Origin: a bacterium
GTDB lineage: Bacteria > Fidelibacterota > Marinisomatia > Marinisomatales > UBA1611
Length of the DNA stretch: 64,000 nt
Direction: 5' to 3'
NCBI GenBank assembly: GCA_004321745.1
Contig: SGYO01000008.1
Span: 80 to 64,079 of the forward strand
A program made the translations under genes and the position numbers. The notes below the pieces were generated by a model that worked only from the letters and a program-made list of their open reading frames with translations, did not search any database and was not told the origin of the DNA. Below are positions 30,253-39,330 of this stretch, piece after piece. How positions within the stretch are numbered: the first letter of the stretch is position 1; the number at the start of each line of letters is the position of its first letter.

Positions 30253-30934
30253 TTTTTGCTAATTCAAGATTTAAAGATCCAAACTTCATTTTCAAATTTA
30301 TAATTATTGGTAGTTTGTCTTTATCAGAAATCCACATTGTTATTTTCCCTGCATTTTTAAAGGGCTCACCATTCATCTTTTTTGGCCAAATCTTGTTAGC
30401 ATAAAATTTGCCAAGCACAGTTTTTATTTTTACTTTTTTATCAGCAAAAAATTTTAATGGAGTCACTTTTTTATTATCAACCACTTGGATTTCATAATTT
30501 GCATCGGAAGAAAAATCTAGCGTTCTAAAGTAATATATCAATGAATAGGGATTAAATATCTCGCCATCATAGGATATACTGTCTTCCTTATAAATGAACA
30601 TTTTATTTTTATGATTATAAGTAGAGATGGAATTTTGTTTGTAACCACCTTCTCTTATTTTTTTGTCAACCTTCAATGGCTGCCATGTATTTAAATCAAT
30701 ATCAATAATTATTTTATCATTTATTGGGAAAATATATTTTAATGATGGTTTTGATTTAGCTTTGAACTCAATCCTTAAAATGTCTTGGTTCTGGATATTT
30801 TTAAATTTTTTTGATTTTAGAGTTGCTGTAGCAACATCCACACCACCAAAAGAGGCGTTATAGAGCAACATTTCATCCCAAGATTTATCCTTGGCAAAAA
30901 TAACTGAGAAAATTAAAAAAAATAAAATTTTCAT
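30245..30934 (-). CDS. DUF3108-like secreted protein
   Basis: 229 aa with a signal peptide. 'YNASFGGVDVATATL…' and the overall pattern match DUF3108. The 3' end overlaps the rseP 3' end by 8 nt. Confidence 0.5.
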   Translation of the reverse strand: MKILFFLIFSVIFAKDKSWDEMLLYNASFGGVDVATATLKSKKFKNIQNQDILRIEFKAKSKPSLKYIFPINDKIIIDIDLNTWQPLKVDKKIREGGYKQNSISTYNHKNKMFIYKEDSISYDGEIFNPYSLIYYFRTLDFSSDANYEIQVVDNKKVTPLKFFADKKVKIKTVLGKFYANKIWPKKMNGEPFKNAGKITMWISDKDKLPIIINLKMKFGSLNLELAKIN

Positions 30935-31497
30935 CGTATATTTTTTAATCCATTCATAGTATATATATAAATTTTTGAAGCAGAGTTAACTAAATCTCCA
31001 TCTTCAATTATTAGATCAACCTCTGTTGGGAAAGAATTAAGAATCTCATCTACATTATTTCTTGGGGGTTCTCCGGTCCTGTTAACACTTGTTGTTGTAA
31101 TTGGCAGAGTGCATGAATTTGCTATTAGTTTGCAAAATGGATGGTCTGGGATTCTTATGCCAAGTGTATGATTGGGGCCCATAATTTTCTTGTGAACGAT
31201 ATTTTTTTTAACCGGGTATATTATAGTATTTTGAGCATCTAAATGATTAACAGCCTGTAGTTTTTTTTCTTCTTTAACATTTAACCAAGTAGATACAGTG
31301 CCCCTGTCAGGTGCAATTACGCTAATTGGACCTGTTCTATTTTTCAGAACATTTAACTTATCTATTGCTATGGGATCTTTTGCATTCACTCCAAATCCAT
31401 AAATAGTATCAGTTGGATAGACTAGAATTCCGCCACTATTAATAACTTTTACAGCAACTTTTACCGCTTCTTTATTTTTCCAATTAATTATTTTCAT
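30931..31497 (-). CDS. tsaC: L-threonylcarbamoyladenylate synthase (YrdC/TsaC type)
   Basis: 'GGILVYPTDTIYGFGVNA', 'IRIPDHPF', 'TSVNRTGE'. The start is set to ATG 31497 (MKIINWKN…), 1 nt after the upstream gene's stop. The track's longer ORF runs into that gene. Confidence 0.85.
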   Translation of the reverse strand: MKIINWKNKEAVKVAVKVINSGGILVYPTDTIYGFGVNAKDPIAIDKLNVLKNRTGPISVIAPDRGTVSTWLNVKEEKKLQAVNHLDAQNTIIYPVKKNIVHKKIMGPNHTLGIRIPDHPFCKLIANSCTLPITTTSVNRTGEPPRNNVDEILNSFPTEVDLIIEDGDLVNSASKIYIYTMNGLKNIR

Positions 31498-31498
31498 T

Positions 31499-32350
31499 TT
31501 ATTGTTTTGTTTTCCATCTATTGTGAAACCAAAAATATTGTTCTGGATATTTTTTGATAGACCGTTCAATTACACTTGTGTAAAGTTGAGTGATGTCCTC
31601 AACAGATTTTTTATCTGGGTTTATAGGAATGAATTCAACTTGATACTGCCCTATGTTTTTTTGAACGCATATACCAAATATTAGTGAAGCATTTGTGTTG
31701 AGATGAAATAATGCGGCACCTTTATGAGTTGAAGCTGGTTTATTGAAAAAATCTACGAAAACACCTTTTCTTTTTGCATCCTGATCACTAACTAAACCTA
31801 AAATTTCGTTTGCATTTAGAACATCATATAAGAAGTCCATACTTGATTTTCTGTAGACTTGTTTGATGCCACTTAATTGCCTTTTTTCTTCAAAAAATAA
31901 ATTGGCCCCTTTATTTTTTTGTCTTTGAGCAATACCTACAAGAGGATAGCTATTTTTTCCAAACCAATGTCCTAAAATTTCCCAAGATCCAAAATGCGCA
32001 GAAACCAGAACTGTTCCTTTTTTTTGATTGATTGCATTTTTTAAATGTTTTTCACCAACAACTTCTATTTTAATAGAGTTGGGATCAAATGGGAATGCTA
32101 AGAATTGTAAAAAATTAAAAATAAAAAAGTTATAGCATTTCTTTAGTGTAGTGTTTATCCACTCATCTGATTTGTCAGGAAAGGCTATTTTAAGATTTTT
32201 TAATGCAGTTTCTTTTCGTTTGGGAACGTAATTGAAAAAGATGCTAGCAAGATTTCGACTAATTATATAAAGCTTTTTAATTGAAAATATTTTCAAAATA
32301 CGGCTTAAAACGCGAAGAGCGAAGTATGTCATTTTATGATATATAGTCAA
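31499..32350 (-). CDS. Lysophospholipid/lipid A late acyltransferase family protein (LpxL/HtrB-like)
   Basis: 283 aa. N-terminal TM helix, an 'SAHFGSWE' HX4(D/E)-type acyltransferase motif, and a C-terminal 'YPEQYFWFHNRWK'. Confidence 0.8.
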   Translation of the reverse strand: MTIYHKMTYFALRVLSRILKIFSIKKLYIISRNLASIFFNYVPKRKETALKNLKIAFPDKSDEWINTTLKKCYNFFIFNFLQFLAFPFDPNSIKIEVVGEKHLKNAINQKKGTVLVSAHFGSWEILGHWFGKNSYPLVGIAQRQKNKGANLFFEEKRQLSGIKQVYRKSSMDFLYDVLNANEILGLVSDQDAKRKGVFVDFFNKPASTHKGAALFHLNTNASLIFGICVQKNIGQYQVEFIPINPDKKSVEDITQLYTSVIERSIKKYPEQYFWFHNRWKTKQ

Positions 32351-32420
32351 AATATTATGCTATAAAATTTTAATGAATATTATTAGACAAGTTGCATCAT
32401 CTATGGTCAAATTTAAGTAC

Positions 32421-33827
32421 ATGAAACGTATTATAATTTATTTTTGCATTGCATTTAGTATTTCGCTAGCGGAAACGGTATATCACATTCCTATTGAAGG
32501 AACAATTGATTTAGGGTTGCCTCCATTCATTGAACGCTCTATTGCAGAAGCTGAAGAAAATAATGCAAAGACTATTATATTTGAAGTTAATACTTTTGGT
32601 GGTCGCGTTGATGCTGCCACGCAAATCAAGGATGCAATATTAGATTCGAAGGTCCCAACAGTTGCTTTTATAAATAAACGTGCAATTTCTGCAGGCGCGC
32701 TGATTTCATTATCTTGTGAAAAAATATTCATGGCTGGAGGTGCAACTATTGGAGCAACAACTGCAGTGGATATGCAGGGCAACAAAGCTAGTGAAAAAGT
32801 TATTAGCTACATGCGTGAAGAAATGGCTGCAACTGCAGAAAAAAGGGGAAGAGATACATATATTGCTAGAGGAATGGTCGATGAGGAATTAGAATTTCCA
32901 AATAAGGTTATTAAAGAATTTATCAATGATGGTGAAGACATAGATACTATAAAGACAAAAGTTTATTATCTTGTAATAGATGGTGATACCGTTATAGTAG
33001 ATGATATTGAGGGTAGAAAGCAAGGTAACTTAATTACATTAACTACCGAACAGTCTTTAAAATATAAAATTGCAGACGCTTCGCTAGAAAATTTTGAAGC
33101 TGTTTTAGATACTTTAGGTTTTTCAAATTTAGTAGTTAATAAAACTACAGAAAATTGGTCCGAAAACTTTGTTCGTTTTTTAACAAATCCTGTGGTCGCA
33201 TCTTTGCTAACTACCTTTGGCTTTTTAGGTATTTTGTTTGAGCTCCAAAGTCCAGGGTGGGGTATTCCCGGCTCAATAGGCCTCATTTGTCTAGCTCTAT
33301 CTCTTAGCGCCTCATACATAGCAGAATTAGCAACAATGAGTGATCTTTTAGTTATACTTATGGGTATGTTATTCTTAATGCTAGAAGCATTTGTCTTCCC
33401 AGGGTTTGGTGTTGCTGGTGTGGCAGGAATAATTTTTATTTTGTGGGGTCTTTATCTTTTATTACTTCCTGATGTCCCCGTGGGGGAGGAAGTTTTGAGT
33501 CAAGCATCTAACGGTTTAATCATTGGTATGATCGGTGGTTTGGTCGGATTAGTTTTACTTTTTAGAGCTATGACAAAAACAAAATTTTGGAGAGATTTAA
33601 CCTCGCCTGATATTCAAAAGAAAGAAGATGGCTATGTCGCAAGTTTTGGTTGGGAAAAATTGGTTGGTGAAGAAGCGTTGACAGAAACAGATTTACACCC
33701 TTCTGGATGGATCAACGTAGGCAATGAGAGAGTTTTTGCTTTGAGTGAGGGTAATTTCATTGATAAAAATGTGAAAGTAGTTATACTATCTGTAGATGGT
33801 AATAGGGTAGTAGTTCGTAAAAAATAA
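32421..33827 (+). CDS. NfeD-family membrane-bound ClpP-class serine protease
   Basis: ClpP-like 'NTFGGRVDAA…AISAGALISLSC', a central multi-TM block, and a C-terminal NfeD OB domain ('GWINVGNERVFALSEG…'). The start at 32421 (MKRIIIYF…) is preferred over 32373, which would leave only 22 nt to the divergent gene. Confidence 0.8.
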   Translation: MKRIIIYFCIAFSISLAETVYHIPIEGTIDLGLPPFIERSIAEAEENNAKTIIFEVNTFGGRVDAATQIKDAILDSKVPTVAFINKRAISAGALISLSCEKIFMAGGATIGATTAVDMQGNKASEKVISYMREEMAATAEKRGRDTYIARGMVDEELEFPNKVIKEFINDGEDIDTIKTKVYYLVIDGDTVIVDDIEGRKQGNLITLTTEQSLKYKIADASLENFEAVLDTLGFSNLVVNKTTENWSENFVRFLTNPVVASLLTTFGFLGILFELQSPGWGIPGSIGLICLALSLSASYIAELATMSDLLVILMGMLFLMLEAFVFPGFGVAGVAGIIFILWGLYLLLLPDVPVGEEVLSQASNGLIIGMIGGLVGLVLLFRAMTKTKFWRDLTSPDIQKKEDGYVASFGWEKLVGEEALTETDLHPSGWINVGNERVFALSEGNFIDKNVKVVILSVDGNRVVVRKK

Positions 33828-33855
33828 TTTATAGTTTTTAAAATAAGGAGTTTAT

Positions 33856-34878
33856 ATGCCGTTAGTACAAGGAGCTTTTTTAATTGTAATAATTTTATTT
33901 CTTGTTCTGTTTTTTTATTTTGTGCCTCTTGGTATGTGGGTCCAAGCCGTGGTCTCTTTAGGGCTTGGAAGAATAAGGATAGTCGATCTCATTAGAATGC
34001 GATTGAGGAAAATATCTCCGAGGCTTGTTGTAGATGGAGTTATAAACACTCACAAAGCTGGTTTAGATCATATTAGTACAGATATGTTAGAAACTCACTA
34101 TTTGGCAGGAGGAAATGTAGAGAATATTGTGGGAGCGCTAATTGCATCTGATAAGGCGAAGATTCAATTGCCTTTTGAAATTGCAACTGCTATTGATTTA
34201 GCTGGAAGAGATGTCAAATCTGCGGTTGAAACTAGTGTGTATCCAAAAGTTATCAATGCTCCTGTTGATGGATACTTAGCTGCAGTAGCAAAAGATGGTA
34301 TTGAACTAAAGGCAAGAGCTAGGGTGACAGTTCGTACGAATATACCCGGATTAGTTGGTGGTGCTACCGATGACACCATTATTGCTCGTGTCGGTGAAGG
34401 TATTGTCAGCGCTATTGGTTCCGCTCAAACATACTCTGACGTTCTTGAAAATCCCGATAGCATATCGAAGTCAGTTCTGAATAAAGGTTTAGATTCGGGG
34501 ACTGCATTTGAAATACTTTCAATTGATATTGCGGATCTTGATGTTGGTAAAAATATTGGCGCCTCCCTTCAAGCAGATCAGGCTGAAGCAGATTTACGAG
34601 TTGCTCAAGCAAAAGCAGAGACAAGAAGAGCAATGGCAGTAGCTCAAGAGCAAGAAATGCAAGCAAAGGTTCAACAGATGAAAGCTAAGGTTGTTGAGGC
34701 AGAGTCAGAGGTCCCTAAAGCAATGTCACAAGCTTTCAGGGAAGGCAATTTAGGTATTTTCGATTATTATAATATGAATAATATAAAAGCTGATACTGGT
34801 ATGAGGGATTCAATAGCAGACTCGCCTGGGAACTCTAAGGATGAAGGTGAAGATGTTAACACAGACTCTAGCAAATAA
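33856..34878 (+). CDS. floA: Flotillin-like protein FloA (UPF0365/YqfA family)
   Basis: SD AAGGAG upstream. '[20 protein letters not shown]…[12 protein letters not shown]…[12 protein letters not shown]', followed by an Ala/Gln/Glu-rich coiled-coil. Confidence 0.88.
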   Translation: MPLVQGAFLIVIILFLVLFFYFVPLGMWVQAVVSLGLGRIRIVDLIRMRLRKISPRLVVDGVINTHKAGLDHISTDMLETHYLAGGNVENIVGALIASDKAKIQLPFEIATAIDLAGRDVKSAVETSVYPKVINAPVDGYLAAVAKDGIELKARARVTVRTNIPGLVGGATDDTIIARVGEGIVSAIGSAQTYSDVLENPDSISKSVLNKGLDSGTAFEILSIDIADLDVGKNIGASLQADQAEADLRVAQAKAETRRAMAVAQEQEMQAKVQQMKAKVVEAESEVPKAMSQAFREGNLGIFDYYNMNNIKADTGMRDSIADSPGNSKDEGEDVNTDSSK

Positions 34879-34896
34879 TTTTCAAGGTTAGATAGT

Positions 34897-35358
34897 ATGA
34901 GTAATTGGTTATTCTTAATGCTTCTTTACGGCTTTTTTGGCTGGATGAAGAAGAGGCAAAGAGATAAAGCTAGAGATAAGATCGAAAGCCAAGATGACTG
35001 GGATACTGGGGGTATTGTAGATTTTGGTGAAGGTATTTTAAAAGCTATAATTGGTGACGAAAATAGTGGAGTTGAAAAACCTAAAACTATTAGAGAAGAA
35101 GATATTGATGAAGAAGAGTATCTAGATGACTTTGAAGAAGTATTAGTAGAAAGTCCTAAAATAGAACCTAAGATTGATTTAATAGTAGATGAAACGCCAA
35201 GTAAAGATGTTCCTTTACAATCAAATAATGTTAGGAACGTTAATATTAATAATACAAAACTAGCTAACCTAATTGATCTGCAAGATCCAGTTAGGACTGG
35301 GGTTATATTTAAAGAAATATTTGATAAGCCTAAAAGTTTAAGAGGCAGAGCCAGATAA
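34897..35358 (+). CDS. Small membrane-anchored acidic protein, uncharacterised
   Basis: 153 aa. One N-terminal TM helix (NWLFLMLLYGFFGW) followed by a Glu/Asp-rich segment. It is the third gene of the nfeD-floA unit. Confidence 0.4.
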   Translation: MSNWLFLMLLYGFFGWMKKRQRDKARDKIESQDDWDTGGIVDFGEGILKAIIGDENSGVEKPKTIREEDIDEEEYLDDFEEVLVESPKIEPKIDLIVDETPSKDVPLQSNNVRNVNINNTKLANLIDLQDPVRTGVIFKEIFDKPKSLRGRAR

Positions 35359-35360
35359 AC

Positions 35361-35954
35361 TTAAATGATTGAATCAAATATTTTTTTTGATTCTCTTTCT
35401 AAATTATTTAAATCTGAATTATTTTGTATAACATAATCTGCCATATGCTCTTTGTCTTCATCTGGCCATTGTAGTGTTACTCTTTTCAAAAAGTCGTCTC
35501 TGGTCATGTTATTTCTTGACATTACTCTCTCTGTTCTGTATCGAAGTAAAGAAGTAATCACAATTACATAATCCATATGTGTGTCAGCCCCTGATTCATA
35601 AATAAGAGCAGCATCAACAACAAAGCAGTTATGTTTGTTTTGTTGTTGAATTTTTTCAAATGTAGAATCAATTTTTTTAAACACATGTGGGTGTATTATG
35701 GAATTTAAAGCTAGCTGATGAAATTCATCTTGGAATGCAACTCTAGCCAATTTTTGTTTATCTATATTTTGGTCCGCATCTATTACATCACTGCCAAATT
35801 CTTTAATTATTTCTTTCTGAGCACTTTTATCGGTATTTATAATATGTTTTGCTTCTCTATCTGCATCAAAAATATATGCACCCCAAGCTTGGAAAAATTT
35901 ACTAACCTCGCTTTTTCCAGAACCAATACCTCCAGTTAAACCAATTTTTAGCAT
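35361..35954 (-). CDS. coaE: Dephospho-CoA kinase
   Basis: 'IGLTGGIGSGKS' P-loop at the extreme N-terminus. Length of 197 aa fits. Confidence 0.9.
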   Translation of the reverse strand: MLKIGLTGGIGSGKSEVSKFFQAWGAYIFDADREAKHIINTDKSAQKEIIKEFGSDVIDADQNIDKQKLARVAFQDEFHQLALNSIIHPHVFKKIDSTFEKIQQQNKHNCFVVDAALIYESGADTHMDYVIVITSLLRYRTERVMSRNNMTRDDFLKRVTLQWPDEDKEHMADYVIQNNSDLNNLERESKKIFDSII

Positions 35955-35955
35955 A

Positions 35956-36525
35956 CTATAAATTTATAACTTTTATTATTCTTTGTGTTACTTCTTCAAT
36001 CGAACCAAGACCATTGATTTCTTTCAATAGATTCACTTTTTTGTAATGATCAATAATAGGAGCAGTTTGATTCCAATATACATCTTGGCGTTTTGAAATT
36101 ATTTTAGAATCATCGTCACTTCTACCCGTCTCCTTTTTGCGTTTTATGAGCCTACTAATAAGCTCTTCTTTATCTGCAGTTATGCTTATGGCAACGTTAA
36201 TATTTTGATTCAACTTTTTTAGTAAGTTGTCCAAGTCATCAACCTGTTGAAGGTTTCTAGGATATCCATCTAAGATATAACCTTGTTGAGCATTAGGATC
36301 TTTTAGATGTTCCTCAATGATTTCAATTAATATTTCATCGGGAACGAAAAGACCTTTATCGATATACTTTTTAGAGGTTTTTCCTATACTAGTATTTAAT
36401 GCTATTTCTTTTCTAAGAATTTCTCCTGTTGATAGGTGGGGCAAATTAAAGTAGTCTTTTAGAATTGAGGCCTGAGTACCTTTCCCAACTCCCGGTGGCC
36501 CCATTAGAATAATTTTTATAGACAT
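35956..36525 (-). CDS. adk: Adenylate kinase (short-lid type)
   Basis: 'ILMGPPGVGKGTQA', 'GYILDGYPRN', 'RSDD'. The start is set to ATG 36525 (MSIKIILMG…), 2 nt after the nupC stop. Confidence 0.92.
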   Translation of the reverse strand: MSIKIILMGPPGVGKGTQASILKDYFNLPHLSTGEILRKEIALNTSIGKTSKKYIDKGLFVPDEILIEIIEEHLKDPNAQQGYILDGYPRNLQQVDDLDNLLKKLNQNINVAISITADKEELISRLIKRKKETGRSDDDSKIISKRQDVYWNQTAPIIDHYKKVNLLKEINGLGSIEEVTQRIIKVINL

Positions 36526-36527
36526 AA

Positions 36528-37748
36528 TTAAATTAGAATTCCAACAATTGATGCTGTTAGCCAAGAAGCAATAGCACCTCCAAGCATAGCTTTAAAGACT
36601 AGTTTTGAAAGATCTTTTTTACGCTTGGGGGCCATTGAACCTATCCCTCCCAGTTGAATACCAATGGAGCCGAAATTTGCAAATCCGCATAAAGCATAGC
36701 TAGCTATTATAACTGAACGTTCTGAAATTGTATTATTTGAAACATAATCACTTAGGTCTCTAAAAGCAATGAGTTCAGTTAGTACAATTTTTTCACCCAT
36801 TAAAGTACCAACTATTTTTGCATCTGCCCACGGTATGCCCATGGTCCATGCGAGTGGCTTGAAAAGTAAGCCTAGCATCTCTTGCATCGAAGTCCCTAAT
36901 AAACCTAAAATAAAATTAATCATTGCAACCAATGAAATAAAAGCAATTAACATTGCTGCTACATTTGCTGCAAGTTTTAGACCATCTGTAGCTCCCCTCC
37001 CAATTGCATCTACTAAATTATTGTCTTGGGATTTTAGATTTATACTATTTGAGTTTATGATTTGATAAGATTTTGTTTCAGGATAAATGATTTTTGCTAC
37101 CATTAATGCTGCTGGAGCCGACATTACAGAAGCAGCAAGAAGGTGTCCTGCAATTTCAGGTATGTTATTTAGCCACGTTACATATAGTGCCATTACACTT
37201 CCAGCGACTGTTGAAAATCCCCCAACCATCACTGTCATCAATTCAGAATTCGTCATTTTAGAAATATATGGCCTTATTAGAATAGGGGCTTCAGTTTGTC
37301 CAACAAAAATGTTTGCAGAAATACTTAAGGTTTCTGCTCCGCTAGTCTTCATTGTTTTTTCCATGACTTTTGCAATATTTTTTATAATAATTTGAATTAC
37401 CCCAAGGTGGTATGTAGCTGTAATTAAGCTTGAAAAGAAAATAATAACAGGTAGCGCTCGAAATGCAAAATTAATTAAAGCTTGATCATAACCAACTTCG
37501 GGAATGAATGAAGTAAATAAGAAATCACTACCAGCATCAGCAAAGCTAATTAATTTTACAATGAGGATATTAAAATAAAAAAATAATGCTTTCCCAAAAG
37601 AGGTTTTAAGAATGATAATAGCAAAGGATATTTGAAGACCCAGGCCCCAAAAAATTATATTTTTGTTTATTAGTGTTTTATTATTTGAAAGTAAAAATGA
37701 AATACCAAGTAGTACAATGATTCCTAATATTCCTGTGTAATTTTCCAT
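36528..37748 (-). CDS. nupC: Concentrative nucleoside transporter NupC family
   Basis: 406 aa polytopic membrane protein. '…FVGQTEAPILIRPY…', '…LCGFANFGSIGIQLGGIG…'. Confidence 0.85.
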   Translation of the reverse strand: MENYTGILGIIVLLGISFLLSNNKTLINKNIIFWGLGLQISFAIIILKTSFGKALFFYFNILIVKLISFADAGSDFLFTSFIPEVGYDQALINFAFRALPVIIFFSSLITATYHLGVIQIIIKNIAKVMEKTMKTSGAETLSISANIFVGQTEAPILIRPYISKMTNSELMTVMVGGFSTVAGSVMALYVTWLNNIPEIAGHLLAASVMSAPAALMVAKIIYPETKSYQIINSNSINLKSQDNNLVDAIGRGATDGLKLAANVAAMLIAFISLVAMINFILGLLGTSMQEMLGLLFKPLAWTMGIPWADAKIVGTLMGEKIVLTELIAFRDLSDYVSNNTISERSVIIASYALCGFANFGSIGIQLGGIGSMAPKRKKDLSKLVFKAMLGGAIASWLTASIVGILI

Positions 37749-37751
37749 ATT

Positions 37752-38312
37752 TTACTTTTTTGGAGGAATGAAACATTTTCTACAACGTGCCTCATAAGCA
37801 TCAGTTTCACCTATGACAACTTGTTGGGTATCTGAGGTAATTCTCTGGGTGTATGTAGCATCTTTTCCGCACCTCATACAGATTGCAGTTAGTTTATCTA
37901 AATAATCAGATTCGCACATGATTAATGGCATAGGGCCAAATGGCTGGCCCTTATAATCAGTATCAAGACCAGCAACTATAACTCTAGTTCTATTTTCCGC
38001 AAGAGTTTTACAAGCAAGCAACAGGCTGTCATCAAAAAATTGTGCTTCATCTATACCTACAACATCATAATTGCGACCAAGTTTCATTAAGTCTTCAGCA
38101 TTGTCAATAGCAATTGATTCTAAAGAATTTCTGTCATGGCTGACGATCTTATCTTTACTGTATCTGTTATCTATTTTTGCCTTAAACGCAATTATATTAA
38201 GATTTGCAATTTTTGCTCGTCTTAATCTTCTTAAAAGCTCTTCAGTTTTCCCACAGAACATGCTTCCACAGATAACCTCTATCCAACCTAATTCTATAGG
38301 TTTTTGATGCAT
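37752..38312 (-). CDS. tdk: Thymidine kinase
   Basis: 'GSMFCGKTEELL' P-loop, 'VIGIDEAQFF'-type 'VVGIDEAQFF', and zinc-ribbon cysteines 'CMRCG…CRKCF'. Confidence 0.94.
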   Translation of the reverse strand: MHQKPIELGWIEVICGSMFCGKTEELLRRLRRAKIANLNIIAFKAKIDNRYSKDKIVSHDRNSLESIAIDNAEDLMKLGRNYDVVGIDEAQFFDDSLLLACKTLAENRTRVIVAGLDTDYKGQPFGPMPLIMCESDYLDKLTAICMRCGKDATYTQRITSDTQQVVIGETDAYEARCRKCFIPPKK

Positions 38313-38313
38313 A

Positions 38314-38934
38314 CTATAAATTTCCTTTGGTCATTGAATTTATTTCTCTAATTATTTTATTTCTATTATCAATCAGTTCTGATTCACCTGAAATAATAAG
38401 ATCTGCTTCTGATTTTAGCGGTCTAACATATTCATCGTGCATTGGCTTCACGGTTTTATCGTATTGTTCATGAATGCTTTCTTTTGTTCTAGCTCTAAAT
38501 ATGATATCTCTATTCAAACGTCTTGAAAAGCGGACTTTTTCTTTTGCATGTATAAATATTTTTAGTGACATAAACTTAACTATTTCCGCAAAATAAAAAA
38601 TAAGAGTGCCCTCTACAAATATTAATTTATTTGGATAGATAGTTTTTGAATTTTCTATACGCTTATGTTTTTTATAATCATATATTGGGCTTTTAATCTT
38701 TTCATTTTGCAATAAAAGATTAATATGAGCTTTTAGCAATTTATAATCAAAAGACTTAGGATGGTCAAAATTTAATTTCTCCCTATCATCAAAAGTTAAA
38801 TCACTAAAATCTTTATAATATGAATCTAACTCAAGTACAGCTGTCTTATTTTCATAATGTTTTACTAAGCTTTTTACTATTGTTGTTTTACCAGCACCAG
38901 AACCACCACTAATTCCAATAAGGTAGTTTTTCAT
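38314..38934 (-). CDS. udk: Uridine kinase
   Basis: 'IGISGGSGAGKTT' P-loop, 'FDHPKSFD', 'ERD'-like 'NRDI'. Length of 206 aa fits. Confidence 0.9.
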   Translation of the reverse strand: MKNYLIGISGGSGAGKTTIVKSLVKHYENKTAVLELDSYYKDFSDLTFDDREKLNFDHPKSFDYKLLKAHINLLLQNEKIKSPIYDYKKHKRIENSKTIYPNKLIFVEGTLIFYFAEIVKFMSLKIFIHAKEKVRFSRRLNRDIIFRARTKESIHEQYDKTVKPMHDEYVRPLKSEADLIISGESELIDNRNKIIREINSMTKGNL

Positions 38935-39320
38935 TATGATAATTTTGTAGCGTCGAAAGGCATCGGCAGAAGTTTAATAGATTCGGTTTTGACGATTAAA
39001 CTATTATCATCAGCTATTAATATTGGTATATCCCCGCAGATGTCCCAGATGACTTGTCTACACGCACCGCATGGCATGCCTGCGTTATTTGTTGAAACAG
39101 ATAACGCTTTAAACTTTGTTTCACCTTCTGAAACTGCTTTGAACAAAGCTACTCTTTCTGCGCATATAGTTAAACTATAACTACTATTTTCAATGTTACA
39201 ACCGCCAAAAATTCTACCAGATTCTGTTAATACAGCAGCTCCAACTTTATAATTTGAATAAGGTGCTAAGGCTTGCGACCTCATTTTAATTGCTCTTTGA
39301 ATTAACTCATTATCAGACAT
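38934..39320 (-). CDS. cdd: Cytidine deaminase (homotetrameric type)
   Basis: 'CAERVALF' and 'PCGACRQVI' zinc motifs. 128 aa. Confidence 0.93.
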   Translation of the reverse strand: MSDNELIQRAIKMRSQALAPYSNYKVGAAVLTESGRIFGGCNIENSSYSLTICAERVALFKAVSEGETKFKALSVSTNNAGMPCGACRQVIWDICGDIPILIADDNSLIVKTESIKLLPMPFDATKLS

Positions 39321-39330
39321 AAATCAGACC

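Noticed and set aside
30931-31569. Longer N-terminal extensions offered by the ORF track for tsaC (to 31569), adk (to 36564), nfeD (from 32373), the PEGA paralogue (from 50874) and skp (from 23469).
   Set aside because: The extensions overlap the upstream gene or leave no promoter space. They add residues ahead of the conserved N-terminal motif or signal peptide. Internal ATG codons placed 1-2 nt after the upstream stop give canonical protein N-termini.
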